From NCBI GenBank assembly GCA_963743915.1, contig CAVURN010000001.1, positions 640,001-704,000 of the forward strand: a DNA stretch of 64,000 bases, in the 5' to 3' direction. The notes under the pieces are model-generated. The model was not told where the DNA came from. It saw only the letters and a list, made by a program, of their open reading frames with translations, and made no database searches. Below, one piece after another: positions 26,505 through 36,860 of the stretch. How positions within the stretch are numbered: position 1 is the stretch's first letter; each line of letters begins with the position of its first letter. Position numbers and translations under genes: made by a program. The stretch comes from an uncultured Actinomycetota bacterium (lineage in GTDB: Bacteria; Actinomycetota; Actinomycetes; JAHEKZ01).

Positions 26505-27854
26505 TCAGGGTGCGCGGGGGTTGCTGGTGAGCTGTTGGCCGTGGGGGCCACGCAACAGGACTGGGCCGTTGCTGCCGCGCATGATGTCGATGACAGTGAT
26601 GTTCCAGCCGCCTTCGTGGACTTGTCGGTGGTGGTGGCGGCAGAGCAGGAGGGCGTTTGCCAGATCGGTGGGTCCGCCGTCGAGCCAGGAGACGATGTGG
26701 TGGGCGTCGGTGTGGGCGGGGGGCCGGTCGCAGCCGGGGAAGCGGCAGCCGCGGTCGCGCAGGGCGAGCAGTCGGCGCTGCTGGGGGCTGAAGAGGCGCC
26801 TGGTGTGGCCGAGGTCGGTCACGGTCCCGTGGGGGTCGAGCAGCAGGGGGGTCAGCTGGGCGTCGCAGGCGATCCGGGCCACACCCGTCGGGTGGAGGAA
26901 CGCCGGAGCACCGGGCGCCTGAGGTAGCCGGCCGGGTGGCAGGGCTCCCGGGGAGCTGGTCGGGTCGACGAGCACGTGCAGGTGGGGGCGTTCCCCACCG
27001 GCCACGGGTAGCAGGCGGTGGTCGGCGGCGGTCTGCACGATCTGGACCAGTCCGTCGGCGCGGCGCTGGGCGGCGCTGCGGGTGTCGTCGGGTCCAGCCG
27101 GGACCAGGAACGGTTCGAGGGCGGCGGTGAGCAGGGCGGCGGACTCGGCGTCGAGCAGCCCGTCCAGGGCGGTCATCCCGTCCATCAGCGGGGCCAGGGT
27201 CAGGTAGCGCCGCTCGAACTGCTGCTGACCGTGGGCGAGGGCGCCGTCGGGGTCGACCACCGCCCGCAGGTGTTTACCCGCGGTGCGGACGTCGCCGACC
27301 GGTGCCTGCCGGGCCAGCCCGGTCAGCAGCTCGACGCCCTGCTGCTGGTGCTCTGCCGGTAGGTGCCGCACCCCACGTTCGACCGCCCGAAGGTGCTCAT
27401 AGGTCAGCCCACCGTCACGGACCTCTGCGACCGGTCCGGCCAGCACCCCGCGGGACCCTCGGGCGAGCCGGACCCGCTCAGCTGCCTCGGCACCGGTCAG
27501 CCGTGTCGCACCGCGCAGCCACGCCGCGGTGGATGCGGCGCCGTGCAGCGCCTGCCCGTCACCGGCGGCGTCGAACACCTCCACCGCCGTCAACGACGCC
27601 GCAGCGACCGCGTCGGCCAGCTGCTGCAAACCCGCCACCCACCCCGCCCGACCCTCCGCCCCGGCATCCCGTAACTGCTCGCGGGCGTCGTCACCGGACC
27701 AGGCCCGCACCTGCCCGAGCACCGCCAACAGCGGTGCCGGCAGAGCATCCGGGGTGAACACGGTGGCAACCTTCCGAAGAGCGACCAGGACCGGCAGCGC
27801 ACCCTCACCTGGACTCGCCCGGTCTCCTCTGCGGGAGACCACCACCTGCATCAA
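26505..27854 (-). CDS. DUF222 + HNH endonuclease (13E12-repeat family-like)
   Basis: RSAAQRRADGL, RIACDA, RDRGCRFPGC..P....AHH...W..GGPTDLAN..LLCRHHH..VH; start uncertain (27854/27851). Confidence 0.9.
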   Translation of the reverse strand: MMQVVVSRRGDRASPGEGALPVLVALRKVATVFTPDALPAPLLAVLGQVRAWSGDDAREQLRDAGAEGRAGWVAGLQQLADAVAAASLTAVEVFDAAGDGQALHGAASTAAWLRGATRLTGAEAAERVRLARGSRGVLAGPVAEVRDGGLTYEHLRAVERGVRHLPAEHQQQGVELLTGLARQAPVGDVRTAGKHLRAVVDPDGALAHGQQQFERRYLTLAPLMDGMTALDGLLDAESAALLTAALEPFLVPAGPDDTRSAAQRRADGLVQIVQTAADHRLLPVAGGERPHLHVLVDPTSSPGALPPGRLPQAPGAPAFLHPTGVARIACDAQLTPLLLDPHGTVTDLGHTRRLFSPQQRRLLALRDRGCRFPGCDRPPAHTDAHHIVSWLDGGPTDLANALLLCRHHHRQVHEGGWNITVIDIMRGSNGPVLLRGPHGQQLTSNPRAP

Positions 27855-27877
27855 CCACTCGCTGCCAACTACACCTG

Positions 27878-27900
27878 AATCTAGAGCAACGGTCCGACAA
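27878..27900 (-). promoter_or_regulatory. RecA-NDp/PafBC-type DNA-damage promoter
   Basis: Minus strand reads TTGTCGG-ACCGTTGCTC-TAGATT = TGTCGG-N10-TAnnnT, upstream of the HNH gene. Confidence 0.7.
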
Positions 27901-27962
27901 CAACCGTGCCGTCAGGTCGCAATTCTGGGCGGGCGAACCGCTGGTGCGACGGCGAACCGCCA

Positions 27963-28757
27963 CTACGACAGCAGGAGTGTGTCGAGCCCTCGCACCAGGC
28001 CCACGATGCCGGGTACCGCTCGTGCCGCGAGCAGCGTCCCTGCGACGTAGGGAGCTGGCGAGTCCTCGGCGTCATGGCGAATGGTCAGTCGCTCGTGATC
28101 GGCGGCGAACACGACCTCCGTCGACACGATGAAGCTGGGCAACCGGACGGAGTGCACCTGAGTGCCGCTGACGTCCGCCCCGCGTGCCTCAGCCAGGCCC
28201 TGGACGTCTGCCAACGGCACGACCAGGGACGAGGTCGAGATCTCGCCGAGCCGGTCGGCGAGCTCACGAGCAGTTCCGCTCGGGGCGTCGGGCTTCGACT
28301 CTGACGCGTAGTCGATGATCTCGCGGCGAGGAAGAAACCGCGCCGCCAGCAACGCGGCCGCTTGAGCCATCGCCGCCGTGACACTGAAGTTCCCGGCGGC
28401 CACCACGCCGACGCCGGAGCTCCGGGCGCTTTCGTCGATGGCTGCGTAGTCATCGGCGGACAACCCACTGCTGCCGATCACGACGTGCACGCCCGCATCG
28501 ATGGCTGCCGTCACATGGCTCATGACTGCGCTGGCGGAGGTGTAGTCGATCAGTACCGAGGCGTCTCCCAGTGCCTCGGTGACGCTGCCGGCGACGGTCA
28601 CCCCGATCGGTCCGGTTCCCCACGCCTCGCCCAGGTCCCGTCCCCCGGCCGAGCGAGAGACAGCCCCCCGGAGCGCGAGGTCGCTGGAGGCCAGGACGGC
28701 CTCTGCAACGGCGCGCCCCGTCCACCCGGTTGCCCCCGCCACGCAGATCGCGCTCAT
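27963..28757 (-). CDS. DapB-family (dihydrodipicolinate reductase-like) oxidoreductase
   Basis: VAGATGWTG, VIGSSG, AGNFS, KPDAPSGTA, VHSVRLP, LTIRHD; catalytic HH replaced. Confidence 0.85.
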   Translation of the reverse strand: MSAICVAGATGWTGRAVAEAVLASSDLALRGAVSRSAGGRDLGEAWGTGPIGVTVAGSVTEALGDASVLIDYTSASAVMSHVTAAIDAGVHVVIGSSGLSADDYAAIDESARSSGVGVVAAGNFSVTAAMAQAAALLAARFLPRREIIDYASESKPDAPSGTARELADRLGEISTSSLVVPLADVQGLAEARGADVSGTQVHSVRLPSFIVSTEVVFAADHERLTIRHDAEDSPAPYVAGTLLAARAVPGIVGLVRGLDTLLLS

Positions 28758-28768
28758 GACGCTCCTTC

Positions 28769-29980
28769 TCAGCCGATCGACACCGTCACCACGCGGTCGT
28801 CGCCGGGCCGGGGTGCGCCGCGTCCGTCGGTGTTGCTCGTCGTGAGCCACAGCCGCCCATCGGGGCCGACGGCGACGGTGCGGATGCGCCCCAGCGTGTC
28901 CTGGAGCGCGCCGACGGGTTCGTGGGCCCGGTCACCGGTGACCTGGATCTGCCAGAGACGCTCTCCGCGCAGGGCACTCATGTAGAGCACCCCGCGTCCG
29001 TCGTCCGAGGTGCCGGTGGACACCCAGGCCAGGCCACTCGGCGATGCCTGGTCCGTGGGCCAGGTGACCTGGGGGTCGACGAGGCCGGGCTGGTTGCCGA
29101 CGCCCTCGACCCGTGGCCACCCGTAGTTGCGACCCGGCTCGATGAGGTTCAGCTCGTCGAAGGCCGACGAGCCGAACTCGCTGGCCCAGAGGCGCCCGCC
29201 GTCGTCGAAGGCGAGGCCCTGGACGTTTCGGTGTCCGTAGCTCCACACGGGGGACCGTGGGAAGGGGTTGTCCGTCGGGATCGAGCCGTCGGGCGCCAGG
29301 CGGAGGATCTTGCCGGCCAACGAGTCCAGGTTCTGCGCGTTCTCCGGAACGCCAGCATCACCGGTCGTGGCGTAGAGCATGCCGTCCGGTCCGAACAGCA
29401 GACGTCCGCCGTCGTGGTACGACGCCCGGGGGATGCCGGTCAGCACCTCACGGGCGTCGCGTAGCTGGCCCCTGACCAGACGCATGACCAGGATGCGGTT
29501 GTCGGACGCCGCGGTGAGGTACGCGTAGATGCTCCGGTCCTCGCTGAACGTGGGGGACACGGCAAGTCCGAGCAGACCTCCCTCGCCGTCAGGGGTGACG
29601 CCGGGCACCTCGCCGACGCTCGTGGGCGCAGCATCGACGCCGACCTGCAGCACCCGTCCTGTCGTGCGCTCGGCCACGAGGGCGCTGCCGTCGGGAAGGA
29701 AGGTGAGCCCCCAGGGCACGGACAGTCCGGTCGCGACGTCGACGGGTCGTCCCAGCTGCGGGAGGCCGACCCCGGCTCCGTCCGTGGCCTCACCCGAGGA
29801 GACGCTCGGAAGCGGCTCAACCGGTGGTGGGGTGGCGGCACCCACGATGTCGGCGTCGGGGACCCAGGGGAGGACCCGCCACTGCGTGGCGATGACCGCG
29901 AGCGCGGCGACGACCAGCACAGCGGCGACGACGGCGAGGGCGCGCGCCGGGCGGCGCGACGATGGGCTCTCGTTCGACAT
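28769..29980 (-). CDS. PQQ-dependent sugar (glucose/sorbosone) dehydrogenase family, membrane-anchored
   Basis: PWGLTFLPDG, GEGGLLG, HDGGRL, SYGHRNVQG, NYGWP. Confidence 0.9.
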   Translation of the reverse strand: MSNESPSSRRPARALAVVAAVLVVAALAVIATQWRVLPWVPDADIVGAATPPPVEPLPSVSSGEATDGAGVGLPQLGRPVDVATGLSVPWGLTFLPDGSALVAERTTGRVLQVGVDAAPTSVGEVPGVTPDGEGGLLGLAVSPTFSEDRSIYAYLTAASDNRILVMRLVRGQLRDAREVLTGIPRASYHDGGRLLFGPDGMLYATTGDAGVPENAQNLDSLAGKILRLAPDGSIPTDNPFPRSPVWSYGHRNVQGLAFDDGGRLWASEFGSSAFDELNLIEPGRNYGWPRVEGVGNQPGLVDPQVTWPTDQASPSGLAWVSTGTSDDGRGVLYMSALRGERLWQIQVTGDRAHEPVGALQDTLGRIRTVAVGPDGRLWLTTSNTDGRGAPRPGDDRVVTVSIG

Positions 29981-30041
29981 CCGGCCATCATGCCGCCACG
30001 GCCTGGCCTTGGCCTGATGTGGCGGGGCTACGGTGACGCCC

Positions 30042-31005
30042 ATGCCTGCGACCACTCCGCCGAGCCCTCGATCGGTCTGGCTGCCGTTCGACGACTGGGC
30101 GGAGAACCTGCGGCCACCCGCCGGGCTCACCGTCGAGGTCTGGCGGAGCGGGATGCCACTGCCTTCCACCGCCGATCGCGTCCGGTTCTACGTACCTGAG
30201 TACATGGGGCCGGCGAGCACCCTCGAGGTGATGGCGTCCCTGCCGTCCCTCGAGGTGGTCCAGACCCTGACCGCTGGGTACGACGACGTCATGTCGCACC
30301 TGCCTGACGGGGTGGCGTTGTGCAACGCGGCCGGTGTGCATGACGCCAGCACGGCGGAGCTCGCCGATCGGGCTGGCCATCGCCGGCCTGCGGGGATTCG
30401 CGGGGTTCGTGCGGTCTCAGGACCAGGGCATCTGGCTGCATGCGCGGCACGACGCCCTGGCCGACCGGCGGGTGCTCCTGATGGGTGCGGGTGCGGTGGG
30501 CTCGGCGATCGCCGAGCGGATGCGTCCGTTCGAGGTGCAGCTCGAGGTGGTCGGCACCCGGGCGCGCCCCGGCGTGCACGGGATCGACGAGCTGGATCAT
30601 CTGCTGCCGACCGCCGAGGTCGTCGTGCTCGCTGTTCCGTACGGTGCCGCGACCCACCATCTGGTGGACGCGGAGTTCCTCGCGAATCTTCCCGACGGAG
30701 CCTTGGTCGTCAATGTGTCCCGTGGTGCTGTGGTCGACACCGAGGCGCTTCTTGCGGAGCTGCAGACCGGACGCCTGCGAGCCGCGCTCGACGTCACTGA
30801 CCCCGAACCGTTACCACCCGATCACCCCCTGTGGCGTGCACGCAACGTGGTCATCACCCCGCACGTCGGCGGTGACACGTCGGCGTTCCTCCCACGAGCC
30901 TGGCGCTTGCTGCAGGCGCAGCTCACCCGGTACGCCGCGGGCGAGCCGCTGACCAATCTGGTGCGACCGGGCCTTGTCGCGGGGTCTGCACACCCACAAG
31001 ACTGA
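30042..31005 (+). CDS. D-2-hydroxyacid dehydrogenase family, frameshift near 30367
   Basis: NAAGVHD, GAGAVG, NVSRG, AALDVTDPEP, TPHVGG; TACGGT -10 before ATG 30042. Confidence 0.88.
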
Positions 31006-31036
31006 TCGACGCCAGTCACGCGAGGAGGTCGTTGAG

Positions 31037-32125
31037 ATGGGCACACGCATGCTCGCCGTCGGAACGCGCAAGGGGTTGTTCCTCGGCCGCTCGACCGATG
31101 GGGTCTCGTGGGACTGGGAGGGGCCCCACCACGCGATGGCGGCGGTCGCCGCCGTGGCCATCGACACCCGCCGGCAGCACCCGCGGCTCCTGGCGGGTGG
31201 TCGCAACGAGCACTGGGGTCCCGCCGTGTTCACCTCCGACGACCTCGGTGCGACGTGGTCGGAGGAGCCCGGAGGGTCCATCGCCTTCCCCTCCGACACC
31301 GGGGCCGAGGTCGAGCAGGTCTGGCAGCTCCAGCCCGGGCCGGCCAGCCGGCCGGACGAGGTCTGGGCCGGCGTGGAGCCGTCGGCGCTCTTCCGATCAG
31401 GGGACGGCGGCCGCACCTTCTCCCTCGTGCGCGGGCTCTGGGACCACCCGCACCGCAAGGACTGGAGGCCCGGGGCAGGCGGGCAGTGCCTGCACACCGT
31501 GCTGCCCCATCCTCAGGACGCCGACCGGGTCATGGTCGCGATGTCCACGGGGGGTGTCTACGTCACCGACGACGGTGGGGACTCGTGGGGACCGTCGAAC
31601 CGAGGGGTGGGCGCGCCCTTCATGCCCGAACCGGCGCCGGAGTACGGCCAGTGCGTGCACAAGGTCGTTCGGGATGCCGTCGACCCGGACCTGCTGGTCC
31701 TGCAGAACCACGGCGGGGTGTTCCGCAGCACCGACGGGGGCGCGAGCTGGAGCAGCGCGACGGGAGGCCTGCCGGCCGACTTCGGTTTCGGTGTCGCGCA
31801 CACGGCGTCCGAAGGAGGCAGCTGGTTCCTCTTCCCGCTCTCGGCGGACCTCAACCGGTTCCCGGTCGGCGGCCGAGCCGGCGTGTACCGCAGCGACGAC
31901 GCCGGTCGCAGCTGGACGGACTCGTCGGTGGGGCTGCCGACGTCCGGCTTCCACACCATCGTGCTGAGGGACGCGCTCACCTGTGACGACGCCGACCCGG
32001 CGGGCGTGTACTTCGGCACCCGGTCCGGCGAGGTCTGGGGAAGTGCGGACGGCGGGAGGCGCTGGGACCAGCTCGTGTCGCACCTGCCGGACGTCCTCTG
32101 CGTCCGCGCGGCACTGGTCCCGTGA
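31037..32125 (+). CDS. BNR/Asp-box beta-propeller protein (sialidase-like fold)
   Basis: Repeated S/TxDxGxS/TW boxes; VGTRKGLF start; GQCLHT, GQCVHK, QNHGG motifs; GAGGAGG RBS. Confidence 0.88.
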   Translation: MGTRMLAVGTRKGLFLGRSTDGVSWDWEGPHHAMAAVAAVAIDTRRQHPRLLAGGRNEHWGPAVFTSDDLGATWSEEPGGSIAFPSDTGAEVEQVWQLQPGPASRPDEVWAGVEPSALFRSGDGGRTFSLVRGLWDHPHRKDWRPGAGGQCLHTVLPHPQDADRVMVAMSTGGVYVTDDGGDSWGPSNRGVGAPFMPEPAPEYGQCVHKVVRDAVDPDLLVLQNHGGVFRSTDGGASWSSATGGLPADFGFGVAHTASEGGSWFLFPLSADLNRFPVGGRAGVYRSDDAGRSWTDSSVGLPTSGFHTIVLRDALTCDDADPAGVYFGTRSGEVWGSADGGRRWDQLVSHLPDVLCVRAALVP

Positions 32126-32135
32126 CGGAGCGGCT

Positions 32136-32429
32136 GTGACGGTGAAGGTGACCGTCGAGCTGCCCGCGGTGCTGGCCGAGAGTGCCGGTGGACGTCGCTC
32201 GCTCGAGGTACAGCTCGACGGCGAGAAGCCGACGCTCGGAGACCTGCTCGACCTGGTGGGGCAGGTCCATCCGGTGCTGGTGCGCCGGCTTCGCGGCGAG
32301 ACCGGCCAGCTGCGGCGATACGTCAACGTCTTCACGGACGGACGGGACGTGCGTGACGCCGCCGGTACCGAGACGGTGCTGACGCCTGACACCGTCGTGC
32401 TCGTGCTGCCGTCGGTGGCCGGTGGCTGA
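32136..32429 (+). CDS. MoaD/ThiS ubiquitin-like protein
   Basis: 97 aa, LRRYVNVF motif, C-terminal LPSVAGG di-glycine. Confidence 0.9.
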   Translation: MTVKVTVELPAVLAESAGGRRSLEVQLDGEKPTLGDLLDLVGQVHPVLVRRLRGETGQLRRYVNVFTDGRDVRDAAGTETVLTPDTVVLVLPSVAGG

Positions 32430-33120
32430 GCCGTCCTCTGCTGCCCGTCCCGCCCGCGTCCGTACCTACCACGCACGCCGCGGCCGGCTGAGCACCGCTC
32501 ATCACGAGGCGCTGCAGACTCTCGCCGGACGCTGGTCCCTCGACCCGGAGGGTGCGCCGCTCGACGCCGTCGAGGTCTTCGGCCGTGACGCACCCCTCGT
32601 GCTCGAGATCGGCTGCGGGATGGGGGACAGCACCCGCGTCCAGGCCGCACGCGAGCCGGAGACCGACATCGTGGCGGTCGACGTCCACACCCGGGGTGTC
32701 GCCACGCTGCTGCGGGCCATCGACCGCGACGCGCTCACCAACGTGCGGGTGGTGCTCGGGGACGCCGTGGCACTCGTCGAGCAGCGCATCGCGCCCGGGG
32801 CCTTGTCCGGCGTCCGGATCTACTTCCCGGATCCCTGGCCCAAGGCGCGGCACGCCAAACGACGCCTGGTGCAGGGCCCGTTCGTGGCTCTCCTGGTCGA
32901 CCGGCTCGCGCCCGGGGGGTTCGTCCACCTGGTGACCGACTGGCCGGAGTACGCCGAGCAGATGCTGGCCGTGGTCGATGCAGAGCCCGGCCTGGAGAAC
33001 CCGTTCGGCGGGTTCGCCCAGCGGATGCACGACCGGCCCGTGACCAAGTACGAACGCCGCGCACGACGCCTCGGACACCCGGTCCACGAGGTCTGGGCCA
33101 CCCGTAGGCTTCCGGCATGA
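32422..33120 (+). CDS. trmB: tRNA (guanine-N7)-methyltransferase
   Basis: [34 protein letters not shown]. Confidence 0.94.
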   Translation: MAEPSSAARPARVRTYHARRGRLSTAHHEALQTLAGRWSLDPEGAPLDAVEVFGRDAPLVLEIGCGMGDSTRVQAAREPETDIVAVDVHTRGVATLLRAIDRDALTNVRVVLGDAVALVEQRIAPGALSGVRIYFPDPWPKARHAKRRLVQGPFVALLVDRLAPGGFVHLVTDWPEYAEQMLAVVDAEPGLENPFGGFAQRMHDRPVTKYERRARRLGHPVHEVWATRRLPA

Positions 33121-34799
33121 GCGAGACGCCCGACCTCAAGCCGCGCAGCCGCGATGTCACTGACGGCATGGAGCGCGCCCCGAACCGCGCGATGCTCCGC
33201 GCCGTCGGCCTGACCGACGACGACTGGGAGAAGCCGCAGATCGGCATCGCCTCGAGCTGGAACGAGATCACCCCCTGCAACCTGTCGCTGAAGCGCCTGG
33301 CCGTGAAGGCGAAGGAGGGCGTCTTCGCCGCAGGGGGCTTCCCCCTCGAGTTCGGCACCATCTCGGTCTCCGACGGCATCTCGATGGGCCACGAGGGGAT
33401 GCGTGCCTCCCTGGTGAGCCGTGAGGTGATCGCGGACTCGGTCGAGACCGTGATGCACGCCGAGCGGCTCGACGGGTCGGTCACCTTCGCCGGGTGTGAC
33501 AAGTCACTGCCCGGCATGCTCATGGCCGCGGCCCGCCTGGATCTGGCGAACGTGTTCGTCTATGCGGGATCGATCCTCCCGGGCAGGATCGGCGACCACG
33601 ACGTCACCATCCAGGACGCCTTCGAGGGCGTCGGTGCGTGTGCGCTGGGTCGCATCACGCGCGGCGAGCTCGACGAGATCGAGCGTCAGGCGTGCCCGGG
33701 CGAGGGCGCCTGTGGAGGCATGTTCACGGCGAACACGATGGCGAGCGTCGGCGAGGCGCTCGGCATGTCCCTCCCGGGCAGCGCTGCGCCCGCCGCCGTG
33801 GACAAGCGGCGCGACGAGTACGCGTTCCGCTCCGGTCAGGCGGTGGTCGAGCTGCTCCGTCGGGGGATCACCGCGCGCGACATCCTGACCAGGCAGGCGT
33901 TCGAGAACGCCATCGCCGTCGTCATGGCGCTCGGCGGCTCGACCAACGCCGTCCTGCACCTGCTCGCGATCGCGCGCGAGGCCGAGGTCGACCTCACCAT
34001 CGACGACTTCAACCGGGTCGGTGACCGGACGCCGCACCTCGCCGACGTCAAACCGTTCGGGCGGTACGTCATGAACGACATCGACGGGATCGGCGGAGTC
34101 CCTGTCGTGATGCGCGAGCTGCTCGATGCCGGGCTCCTCCACGGTGACGTCCTCACGGTCACCGGCGCTACGTTGGCCGAGAACCTCGAGGAGCTCTCTC
34201 CACGGAAGCCCGACGGCGCCGTGCTGCACCCGGTGGCCGACCCGATCCACCCGACGGGCGGGCTGCTGGTGCTCAAGGGATCGTTCGCCCCGGAGGGTGC
34301 CGTCATCAAGGCGGCCAGCATCGACGCGCCGGTGTTCGAGGGCACCGCGAAGGTCTTCGACGACGAGAAGGACGCGATGGCCGCGGTCACCGAAGGTCGG
34401 ATCGTGGCTGGCGACGTCGTCGTCATCCGCTACGAGGGCCCCAAGGGTGGGCCGGGGATGCGCGAGATGCTCGCCGTCACCGCGGCGATCAAGGGCGCGG
34501 GTCTCGGCAAGGACGTCATGCTCGTCACCGACGGTCGGTTCTCCGGCGCCACTGCCGGCTTCTGCATCGGTCACGTGGCTCCCGAAGCACCCGACGGCGG
34601 TCCGATCGCCTTCGTCCGCGAGGGGGACCGGATTCGGCTCGACATGACGTCGCGCACCCTCGACCTGCTGGTGGACGCCGCTGAGCTCGACACGCGCCGG
34701 GCCGGGTGGAAGCCGAACCAGCCGCGCTACACCAAGGGAGTCCTCGGCAAGTACGCGCGGCTGGTGGGCTCCGCGGCCGAGGGTGCCGTCTGCGGTTAG
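33117..34799 (+). CDS. ilvD: dihydroxy-acid dehydratase
   Basis: [40 protein letters not shown]. Confidence 0.96.
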   Translation: MSETPDLKPRSRDVTDGMERAPNRAMLRAVGLTDDDWEKPQIGIASSWNEITPCNLSLKRLAVKAKEGVFAAGGFPLEFGTISVSDGISMGHEGMRASLVSREVIADSVETVMHAERLDGSVTFAGCDKSLPGMLMAAARLDLANVFVYAGSILPGRIGDHDVTIQDAFEGVGACALGRITRGELDEIERQACPGEGACGGMFTANTMASVGEALGMSLPGSAAPAAVDKRRDEYAFRSGQAVVELLRRGITARDILTRQAFENAIAVVMALGGSTNAVLHLLAIAREAEVDLTIDDFNRVGDRTPHLADVKPFGRYVMNDIDGIGGVPVVMRELLDAGLLHGDVLTVTGATLAENLEELSPRKPDGAVLHPVADPIHPTGGLLVLKGSFAPEGAVIKAASIDAPVFEGTAKVFDDEKDAMAAVTEGRIVAGDVVVIRYEGPKGGPGMREMLAVTAAIKGAGLGKDVMLVTDGRFSGATAGFCIGHVAPEAPDGGPIAFVREGDRIRLDMTSRTLDLLVDAAELDTRRAGWKPNQPRYTKGVLGKYARLVGSAAEGAVCG

Positions 34800-34946
34800 G
34801 GCTTTCTTCTACGCCAGGGCGCCACGATGCCCCGTCCTGCGGCGTGCCCATGGCGCCCTGGCGTAGGAATGCGGCGGAACGTCCGGATGCTGAGACCCGA
34901 TGGGTCACGGCTTGACCAATCGCGCGCCAGCCTCCACCCTGTGGAC

Positions 34947-34994
34947 ATGCAGCAGATCGTCGTAGTTCGGTGGCGCGCGGCCCGAGCCTCCTAG
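34947..34994 (+). CDS. ilvB attenuator leader peptide MQQIVVVRWRAARAS
   Basis: 15-aa ORF with consecutive Ile-Val-Val-Val codons directly before a terminator and ilvB. Confidence 0.8.
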   Translation: MQQIVVVRWRAARAS

Positions 34995-35021
34995 GCAGAC
35001 CGCACCGCACGAGCTGCGCGC

Positions 35022-35055
35022 ACCCCTCACCCGCCAGGGAGAGGGGTTTTTTGTT
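35022..35055 (+). terminator. attenuator terminator of ilvBNC leader
   Basis: ACCCCTC-a-CCC-gcca-GGG-a-GAGGGGT stem followed by TTTTTGTT. Confidence 0.88.
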
Positions 35056-35096
35056 GGACGAGAATGGACGAGCACGGGCGAGCAGGGAGAGCCGAG

Positions 35097-36860
35097 ATGA
35101 GTGAGTCGACCACCGCGGGCGCGGCACAGCTGAGCGGTGCCGAGGCGCTGGTCAGGGCGCTGGAGGACGTGGGCGCCGACACCGTCTTCGGCATACCGGG
35201 CGGCGCGATCCTGCCGGCCTACGACCCGCTCTTCGACTCGTCGGTCCGTCACATCCTGGTCCGCCACGAGCAGGGGGCCGGGCACGCCGCCGAGGGCTAT
35301 GCGATGGCCACCGGGCGGGTGGGCGTCTGCATGGCCACCAGCGGACCCGGCGCCACCAACCTGGTGACCCCGATCGCCAACGCGTACATGGACTCCACGC
35401 CCCTCGTGGCCATCACCGGTCAGGTGCCGAGCGCCGCCATCGGGACCGACGCGTTCCAGGAGGCCGACATCCGTGGCATCACCATGCCGATCACCAAGCA
35501 CAACTTCCTGGTCACCGACCCGGCGCTGATCGCGCAGACGGTCGCCGAGGCCTTCCACATCGCCGGCACCGGTCGCAAGGGGCCGGTCCTGGTCGACATC
35601 TCCAAGGACGCCCTGCAGTCCACAACCAGCTACCAGTGGCCGCCCACGATCGAGCTGCCCGGCTACCGGCCGATCACCAAGCCGCACGCCAAGCAGATCC
35701 GCGAGACCGCTCGTCTCATGGTCGACGCGCGGCGTCCGGTGCTCTACGTCGGCGGGGGCGTGCTGGCTGCCGGGGCGTCGCCGGACCTGCTCCGGCTCGC
35801 GGAGCTGACCGGCATCCCCGTGGTCACCACCCTCATGGCGCGAGGGGCCTTCCCGGACGGGCATGCGCTGCACATGGGCATGCCCGGGATGCACGGGTCC
35901 GTGGCCGCGGTGGGTGCACTGCAGAAGTCGGACCTGATCCTGGCGCTCGGGGCACGCTTCGACGACCGGGTGACCGGACGTCTTGACACCTTCGCCCCCG
36001 ACGCGATCATCGTGCACGCCGACATCGACCCCGCCGAGATCTCGAAGAACCGGGTCGCGGACATCCCCATCGTGGGCGATGCCAAGGAGGTGATCGCCGA
36101 CCTCATCGGCGCGGTCCGCGCCGAGCAGGAGGCCGGACGTGTCGGCGACTACGCGGCCTGGCGCGACACACTCGAGCGGATGCGTGCGACCTACCCGCTC
36201 GGCTACACACCACCGGACGACGGCTCGCTGGCCCCGCAGTACGTGATCGAGCGGCTGGGCGCGATCGCCGGACCGGACGCCATCTACACGGCCGGCGTCG
36301 GGCAGCACCAGATGTGGGCGGCACAGTTCGTCAGCTACACGCAGCCGGGCAGCTGGCTGAACTCCGGTGGCCTGGGAACCATGGGGTTTGCGATCCCCGC
36401 GGCCATGGGGGCCAAGGTCGGTCGTCCGGACGCCACCGTCTGGGCGATCGACGGTGACGGGTGCTTCCAGATGACCAACCAGGAGCTCGCCACCTGCGCG
36501 ATCAACGACATCCCCATCAAGGTCGCGGTCATCAACAACAGCAGCCTCGGCATGGTCCGTCAGTGGCAGACGCTCTTCTACGAGTCGCGCTACTCCAACA
36601 CCGACCTGCACTCGGTGCGCATCCCCGACTTCGTCACGCTCGCCCAGGCGTACGGCTGCGAAGGCCTGCGCTGCGAGCGGGCCGAGGACGTCGACGCCAC
36701 CATCGAGAAGGCGATGGCCGTCGACGACCGACCGGTCGTGGTCGACTTCGTGGTGCACAAGGACGCCATGGTGTGGCCCATGGTGGCGGCCGGCACCAGC
36801 AACGACGACATCAAGATCGCGCGCGACATGGCGCCCAAGTGGGACAAGGACGACCTGTGA
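35097..36860 (+). CDS. ilvB: acetolactate synthase large subunit
   Basis: [35 protein letters not shown]. Confidence 0.96.
   Translation: MSESTTAGAAQLSGAEALVRALEDVGADTVFGIPGGAILPAYDPLFDSSVRHILVRHEQGAGHAAEGYAMATGRVGVCMATSGPGATNLVTPIANAYMDSTPLVAITGQVPSAAIGTDAFQEADIRGITMPITKHNFLVTDPALIAQTVAEAFHIAGTGRKGPVLVDISKDALQSTTSYQWPPTIELPGYRPITKPHAKQIRETARLMVDARRPVLYVGGGVLAAGASPDLLRLAELTGIPVVTTLMARGAFPDGHALHMGMPGMHGSVAAVGALQKSDLILALGARFDDRVTGRLDTFAPDAIIVHADIDPAEISKNRVADIPIVGDAKEVIADLIGAVRAEQEAGRVGDYAAWRDTLERMRATYPLGYTPPDDGSLAPQYVIERLGAIAGPDAIYTAGVGQHQMWAAQFVSYTQPGSWLNSGGLGTMGFAIPAAMGAKVGRPDATVWAIDGDGCFQMTNQELATCAINDIPIKVAVINNSSLGMVRQWQTLFYESRYSNTDLHSVRIPDFVTLAQAYGCEGLRCERAEDVDATIEKAMAVDDRPVVVDFVVHKDAMVWPMVAAGTSNDDIKIARDMAPKWDKDDL

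Noticed and set aside
27932-27960. GGCGAACCGC direct repeat as SOS box or target-site duplication
   Set aside because: Lacks the GTTCG half of a LexA box, and both copies lie on the same side of the HNH gene.
30811-30813. TTA codon as bldA-type control
   Set aside because: Single late codon in a metabolic gene with generally relaxed codon usage; no evidence of a bldA system.
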